Translations under genes and position numbers: made by a program
Notes under the pieces: generated by a model
The model's database searches: none
What the model saw: the letters and a program-made list of their open reading frames with translations, nothing else
What the model was told of the DNA's origin: nothing
Shown here: positions 57,151 to 64,000 of the stretch, piece by piece
How positions within the stretch are numbered: position 1 is the stretch's first letter
How the letters are laid out: every line of letters starts with the position of its first letter
From: the human T2T-CHM13v2.0 reference genome, Homo sapiens
NCBI RefSeq assembly: GCF_009914755.1
Contig: NC_060942.1
Reading direction: 5' to 3' (one strand)
DNA length: 64,000 bases

Positions 57151-59735
57151 TGATATGGCTTGGCTCTGTGTCCCCACCTGTATTATCTGTTCTCCTGCTG
57201 CTAATAAAGACATACTCAAGACTGGGTAATTTAGAAAGGAAAGAGGCTTAATTGACTCATAGTTCAGCGTGGCTGGGGAGGTCACAGGGAACTTACAATT
57301 GTGGCAGAAGGGGAAGCAAGCATGTCTTTCTTCACATGGCAGCAGCAAGAAGAAATGCAAAGTGAAGTGGGGGGAAAGCCCCTTATAAAACCATAAGATC
57401 TTGTGAGAACTCACTCACTATCACAAGAACAGCATGGAGGGTAACCACCCCCATGATTAAATTACTTCCCACTGGGTCCCTCCCACAATGTGGGGATTAT
57501 GGAAACTACAATTCAAGATGAGATTTGGGTGGAGACACAGTAAAACCATATCATTCTGCCGCTGGCCCCTCCCAAATCTCATGTCCTCATATTTCAAACA
57601 CAATGATGCCCTTCCAACAGTCCCTCAAGGTCTCAACTCATTCTAGCATAAACTCAAAAGTCCAAGTCCAAAGTCTCATCTAAGACAATGCAAGTCCCTT
57701 CTGCCCATGAGACTGTAAAATCAAAAGCAAGTTAGTTACTTCCTAGATACAAGTGGGGTACAGACATTGGGTAAATACACCCATTCCAAATAAGAGAAAT
57801 TGGCCAAAACAGAGGGGCTATAGGCACCATGCGAGTCTGAAATCCAATAGGTCAGTCATTAAACCTTAAAGTTCCAAAATGATCTTCTTTGACTCCATGT
57901 CTCACATCCAGGTCACGGTGATGAAAGAGTGGGCTCCCATGGCCTTGGGCAGCTCTGCCCCTGTGGCTTTGCAGGGTACAGCTCCCATCCTGGCTGCTTT
58001 CATGGGCTGGCATTGAGTGTCTGCAGCTCTTCCAGGCATACAATTCAAGCTGTTGGTGGATCCACCATTTGGGAGTCTGGAGGATGGTGGCCTTCTTCTC
58101 ACAGCTCCACTAGGCAGTGTCCCACTGGTGACTCTGTGGGGACTCTAACCCCACATTTCCCTTCTACATTGCCCTAGCAAAGATTCTCCTGAGGGATCTG
58201 CCCCTGCAGTAAACTTCTGCTTGGATATCCAGGCATTTCCATATGTCCTTTGAAATCTAGGTGGAGATTCCCAAACTTCAAGTTTTGTCTTCTGCGCACC
58301 CACAGGACCAACACTATGTGGAAGTTGCCAAGGCTGGGGGGCTTGCACCCTCTGAAACAATGTCTTGAGCTGTAACTTGGCCCCTTATAGCCATGGCTGG
58401 AGTGGCTGGGACACAGTCCCGAGGCTGGGCACAGCATGGGGGGCCCTGGACCCAGCCTGCAAAACCATTTTTCTCTCCTAGTCCTCCAGGCCTGTGACGG
58501 GAGGGACTGCTGTGAAGGTCTCTGACATGCCCTGGAGACATTTTCCCCATTGTTTGGTGATTAACATTTGACTCCTCATTACTTATGTGAATTTCTGCAG
58601 CTGGCTTGAATTTCTCCCTAGTAAATGGGTTTTTATTTTCTATTGCATCATCAGGCTGCAAATTTTCCAAACTTTTATGCTCTGCTTCTTCTTGAAGGCT
58701 TTGCCACTTAGAAGTTTCTTTCCCCAGATATCCCATATCATCTCTCTAAAATTCAAAGTTTCACTTATCTATAGGGTGGGGGCAAAAAGCCACCAGTCTC
58801 TTTGCTAAAGCATTGCTGGAATCACCACTGCTCCAGTTCCTCATCTCCATCTGAGACCACCTCAGTCTGGACTTCACTGTCCATATCGCTATCAGCATTT
58901 TGGTCAAAGCCATTCAATAAGTCTCTAGGGAGTCCCAAACTTTCCCACATTTTCCTGTCTTCTGAGTCCTCTAAACTGTTTCAACCTCTGCCTGTTACCC
59001 AGTTCCAAAGTCGCTTCCACATTTTCAAGTATCTTTACAGCAACGCCCTACTGTCTGCAGTACCAATTTACTATATTAATCTGTTCTCACACTGCTAATA
59101 AAGGCATACCTGAGACTGGTTAATTTATATTGGAAAAAGGTTTAATTGACTCACAGTTTAGCATGGCTGGTGAGGCCTCAGGAAACTTATAATCATGGTA
59201 GATGGGGAAGAAAACATGTCCTTCTTCACATAGCAGCAGCAAGGAGAAGTGCAGAGTGAAGGGGGCCAAAGTCCCTTATATAACCATCAGGTCTTGTGAG
59301 AACTCACTCACTATCACAAGAACAGATTGGAAGGTAACTGCCCCCATGATGCAATTACCTCCCACTGAGTCCCTCCCATGACATGTGAAGATTATGGGAA
59401 CTGCAATTCAAGATAAGATTTGGGTGGGGACACAGCCAAAGAGTATCACTATATGAAACTCATGTTGAATTAGAGTTCTCATGAGATCTGGTTGTTTGGA
59501 AGTACATAGCACCTCCCCCTTTGCTCTATCTTTCCTGCTTCGCTATGTGAAGAGGTGCCTGCTTCCCCTTCACCTTTCACCATGATTGAAAATTTCCTGA
59601 GATCTTCCCAGCCACGTTTCCTGTACAGCCTGCAGAACCGTGAGCCAATTAAACCTCTTATCTTTATAAATTACCCAGGTAGTTTATAAACTACTCAGGT
59701 AGTTCTTTATACCATTGTGAGAATGGACTAATACA
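57151..59735 (+). mobile_element. MST (MaLR) solo LTR interrupted by a THE1 provirus
   Basis: TGATATGGCTTGGCTCTGTGTCCCCACC ... GAATGGACTAATACA; perfect 5-bp TSD CCTTG at 57146-57150 and 59736-59740. Confidence 0.88.
57179..59448 (-). mobile_element. full-length THE1 (THE1C-like) element, LTR-int-LTR
   Basis: Two ~375-bp LTRs (57179-57553, 59072-59448) around a ~1.5-kb MaLR internal region. Confidence 0.92.
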
Positions 59736-61197
59736 CCTTGTTTCTGGAATTATGGGTAAAATCCAGTATTTGGTATCATATAATTAAAAGTATTTAAAAT
59801 ATGAAATTTCTCATTTTTAAAATGTGGATTCTGTTCATGCAGATAAACCTTAACAGTTATTTTATAGTTTCTTGAATACTTGAAGCAAGGGTATTCCAGA
59901 AATCTAAAAACTGGTCTTATAACTCTTTAATTCTATTAAGCAGAGAGCAACCTGACAATCATGAGGGGTGAGGTCAAAGGGCAGTGTGACTGCCACCTGA
60001 TACTTCTGTGCCATTTGCTGTCAGGTGACTTTGTCACTAGTTTTGTAGAATGGAGAACTTTCTCTCATGATTCTCACTCGCTCCCTGATCTTTTAGGTCT
60101 GAATATGTATTCTCTGAAGCTTTATTGGTGGTAGCATTATGAACTTGTCACCATGGGAGCCCCATGAGGGATAGATAGTATATCGGCAGGGAGGAAAAAC
60201 ACCCCCAAATCTCCTATGATGTGGGCTCTTTTAGAATTGATTTTTTTTCTCAGTAATTTTAATGAAATCCTTCTCAGCATGGCAAAGTAAACCATTAGTC
60301 TGTTTTGAAAAGTGCATATTTCTTCCAAGTTGAAAAGAATCATTGTTCTGCATGGATAAGATCACAGTTCATTTAATAGCTCCATATAAATAGTTCTAGA
60401 AAATCCACAAGTATAAATCATAACTACACAACAGTACACATAGACAGACAACAGGGATGTACCATTCCTTTAGGAAGAGCAGGACACGTTGGTGTAAGTA
60501 TTAAGGTGAATTTAGTGAATGGAAAATTCCCTGTAACTTTATCAACTCTTTTCAATTGGAGTTTTTCTCAGAAATTATACTGAAGGTACAAGACCCAAAC
60601 ACACCAAGATGACAATGCTACAGGTGCTAATCTAAATTGAGATTGTTCATATTTGGTAACATTTAAAGGTGGTTAAGTTTTTAGCCACAATATCAAACCT
60701 TTCATAGCATTCTTTCTTTAATTACATATTACTCACCGAAAATAACATTTTCTTCAGTGTATACTTGAGCACTGGCTTTGGAAAATGCATGCTCCTAGAA
60801 TGATTAAGAGAAAATTCCCTTTTTATATTTAGGAGGCAAGCACCAAAACTTTGAATCAAGTTGAGATCAAATTTTATGATTTAGATCATCTTTATTAAGT
60901 ATTTAAACTGAGGTATTATTTTGCGTGCTTTGGGAGCAGAAAGTTGATGGTATGTTTTCCGTTCTCAAGGAGATTTTTAGTCAAGGAAAATATAGGTCCG
61001 CACATACTGTGATAAATAATTCCAAATACAAGTTTGGTTCCTGCTCATGTGACATGAGCAGTGAGGTTGGCACAGGGATCTGGTCACTGTGGTCACTGAG
61101 GGACACAGGCTGGCAAGGGTTTCATCTGGACATGCATTTCCAAGTTCACCACAGCGGTTGAGAGAGACTGGGGACTCTGTGGGCTCTCCTGATGTAT

Positions 61198-61530
61198 CTT
61201 TTTCATTTGTTTAACTTTTAAATTTTAGGTTCAGGAGTACATGTGCTGGTTTGCCATATAGGTAAATTGCACACCGTGAGAGTTTGGTGTACAGATTATT
61301 TCATCATCCAGATGATAAGCACAGAACCTGATAGGTAGTTTTTTATCCTCACTGTCCTCCCACGCTCCACCCTCAAGTGGGCCCCGGTGTCGTCTGTTGT
61401 TCTCTTCTTTGCGTCCATGTGTACTCAATGTTTTAGCTCCCACTCTTAAGTGAGAACATGCAGTATTTGTTTTTTTTGTTGTTGTTCCTGCATTAGTTTG
61501 CTTATGGAAATGGCCTCCAGCTACATCCAT
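61198..61530 (-). mobile_element. L1PA (older, PA13-16-like) 3' end
   Basis: GGTTCAGGAGTACATGTGC...GCTCCCACTCTTAAGTGAGAACATGCAGTATTTG. Confidence 0.88.
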
Positions 61531-61675
61531 CTTGAGACTTCTGCTTACATTTTATTGGCCAGTGCAAGTCCCAGGGTCACGACTAACTGTAAATAAGGCA
61601 GGGAAGTGTAATTCTGTGGTGTGCCCTGGGAGCGACCTGGCACTGTTTGGTGAACTGTACTAATGCTGCCACAGA
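61531..61675 (-). mobile_element. old MLT1 LTR remnant
   Basis: CTTCTGCTTACATTTTATTGGCCAG...GGGAAGTGTAATTC...TAATGCTGCCACA. Confidence 0.55.
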
Positions 61676-61869
61676 ATGGTGAGATGTGTGTGGGCCACCC
61701 CCATGTCCCTGTGCCATCAGAGGTGTGAGTTAAGTGGGCTGCTATAAAAATTTAGGAAAAATATATTAGAAAATTCCAGATTGCTTAGAATTATACTGTC
61801 ATAAGTAAGAAAGGTGAGATGTGCAGGTGGATGTGTCATCTTCACTCCACTGTTGCCACGGCTGATTCT

Positions 61870-62422
61870 CTCAATGTTAATAAAAGAAAACGACTCTCAC
61901 AGAGGAGGTGTATACTTTTACAAAGGATGTATATATGCGGGGAAGGGGAAAAATAGAGGGTTGATCATCTTCCCTTTAAAGATAGATACATATTCATGTG
62001 GTATATAAATTCAGGGCTGTCATGAAGCAAACACCGATGATGAGGTGAGAGAGGCAGGTTATCTATGGGGAAGGGGGCAGGAGAAGGCCGTGGAGCCTTC
62101 AGACCAAAGCTCAGGTCTGATCCTGTCATGAAAGAAAGGGGGAAGGAATGAGGATCCTCGTACTGCAAGGTGTTTCTAAGAAAGGTTTGGGCAGGCTGAT
62201 GGGTGGCCTGCAAGCCAAAGTCACTCCTAAGAGCGCTAGCACTGTTTGCTAGCTGTGCCTGTCTTCATACTTCTGATGTGCTTAGTCACTGGCCAGAAGC
62301 GGCCTGGGGAAAACACAAAACTTGACATAAATGTGGTAGATTCAGAACGGCCAGAAACTAGCCCTCAGACAGTTATGATCCCACAGCATGAGATCTGGGT
62401 GGTACATTTTTATGGCTACAAC
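61870..62422 (-). mobile_element. probable old ERVL-type LTR
   Basis: GAGATCTGGGTGGTACATTTTTATGGCTACAACA end resembles LTR16-group elements; family uncertain. Confidence 0.35.
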
Positions 62423-62927
62423 ACATGGTTTTTAGATCCTGTCAATTCTGTATTAGCATTGGTCTTCCTTGGATAGTACAATTCCAAAGGAAGCTAACAA
62501 GTGGTGAACTAATAAGCAAACAACCTCAAAAGTCAAGGACTGTTACTTCATCACTGAAACCAAAGTAAGTCCTGTCCTCTCAGGCTGTGGTCTGAGGTCT
62601 TATATAGTCTGGAGAATTCCAAAGAGGTTAAGACCCTAGGAGCCACCTAGGAATTGAGACATACACTAAAAAATACCTGGGGGACTGATTTGGTTTCAGA
62701 TATTCAGACTGACCCCAGGAAAGTACCTCTAATGAATCTACAGAGCCCTTTTATTTTCAAAGGATTTTCTAGATGAATCTAAGACCAATGCACTTTAGCA
62801 TCTTTCTAATCCACAAGCACATCCGGATGATAACTAGACTCATTGTGGGATAAATTTGGTAGCAGACTGGAGAAGATAACTAGGAGCTTTCTTTTTTTCT
62901 CATTTGCATTTATTAGCAACTGACCAT

Positions 62928-62932
<5 letters not shown>

Positions 62933-62986
<54 letters not shown>
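62933..62986. repeat. (CA)27 microsatellite
   Basis: direct reading. Confidence 0.96.
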
Positions 62987-62987
<1 letters not shown>

Positions 62988-63700
62988 TACAGCAGGTAGT
63001 TAGACAGACATGAGCAGGGCAGGAGAGGGGCTCCTGCCACCAGCAATGTCAGGTGACCATCAGGTGATGGTCTGATGGTTAGGCAGTTTTTAAACTGTCT
63101 CTGAAATAATAATTGATGGCAGCCAGCACCAGGGAAAGGCAGTCTCCCAATAGACAGAAAACTCCTGAAACTGGTGATCAGCAACTTCTCGATAAGATCT
63201 CAGGAGTTGAAGTACACCCAAGCATGCATTAAGAGGCAAAATGGCAGGCTTTAACTGGTATATGACCTTGTAGGAACACTTTATTGGTAAGGGAAAAACA
63301 CCTCAAGTGAGCATGTGTACAACTCCAGTAAACACACTGTGTGTGCAGCCCCTCCCAAGTGCTGGAAGGCCACTGCGCATGTGGACAGCCCACCCTAACG
63401 GAAGAATCAGGGGAGAAGGATCGCAATCCCCCAGAAGCCTGCCAATGTATAAGACTCCAAGTCAAAGGTCAAACCATGCACGTGAATCTCTCAAGTTGCC
63501 TGCTTGGCCCTCTTCCAAGTGTACTTTACTTCCTTTCTTTCTTGCTGTAAAACTTTTTAATAAACTTTCATTCCTGCTCTAAAATTTGTCTTGGTCTCTC
63601 TCTTTCTCTCTCTGCTTTATGCTCCTTAGTCAAATTCTTTATTCGGAGGAGGCAAGAATCAAGTATGCTTCAGACCTGTATGGATTCGCCGCTGCTATCA
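62985..63700 (+). mobile_element. MER50-type ERV1 5' LTR
   Basis: TTACAGCAGGTAGTTAGACAGACATGAGCAGGGCAGGAGAGGG...; TATAA at ~63448; AATAAA at ~63559; ends in CA. Confidence 0.85.
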
Positions 63701-64000
63701 TACTTTGGCACTGTGACTTGGATATGTCACCCAGTGTTAAGACACCTCTATGACTTGCCTTCCTTAGCTGGATGTGTTCAACCCCTGTACATGATTTTCT
63801 CCTCCCCTTTCACTATTGTGCTTACTAACCAACTAGTAGGGATGATTCCTCTCAGCCATAGAGGCTCTGCTCCTCCTGGCTGATCTCTCGGTTCACTCTG
63901 ATGGGTGGCTTGTGGAGGAAGGAAGAACCCTGGAGTCTGCACTAAGTAGACCTGAGGCACTTATGGCCCTCTGGGACAGGAGGCTTATGAGAGTAGTAGG
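63701..64000 (+). mobile_element. ERV internal leader with tRNA-His-like PBS, continuing past the window edge
   Basis: TGGCACTGTGACTTGGAT (63706-63723) lies just after the LTR; the tRNA-His complement is TGGTGCCGTGACTCGGAT. Confidence 0.75.

Overview
This is primate (human-like) non-coding genomic DNA, AT-rich and with no CpG island. I found no supportable protein-coding exon, RNA gene or CRISPR array, and I could not name the locus. It is dense in repeats: about two dozen Alus, L1/L2/MIR remnants, DNA transposons (Tigger, Charlie, MADE1) and many LTR elements. The LTR elements include two nested MaLR structures, a full-length THE1 provirus and a MER50-type LTR with a tRNA-His-like primer-binding site. 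Nearly all ORF-track entries are Alu/L1/LTR read-through or chance ORFs. I see no evidence of a novel multi-gene system. The best signals are small-scale: fold-back/template-switch scars (a triple hairpin at 41.85 kb, an inverted copy inside an Alu), recent tandem duplications, an L1 fragment truncated at both ends and fused to half an Alu, divergent TF motifs in sister THE1 LTRs, and candidate enhancer motif clusters. Repeat subfamily names come from recalled consensus sequences. Boundaries of old elements are approximate.
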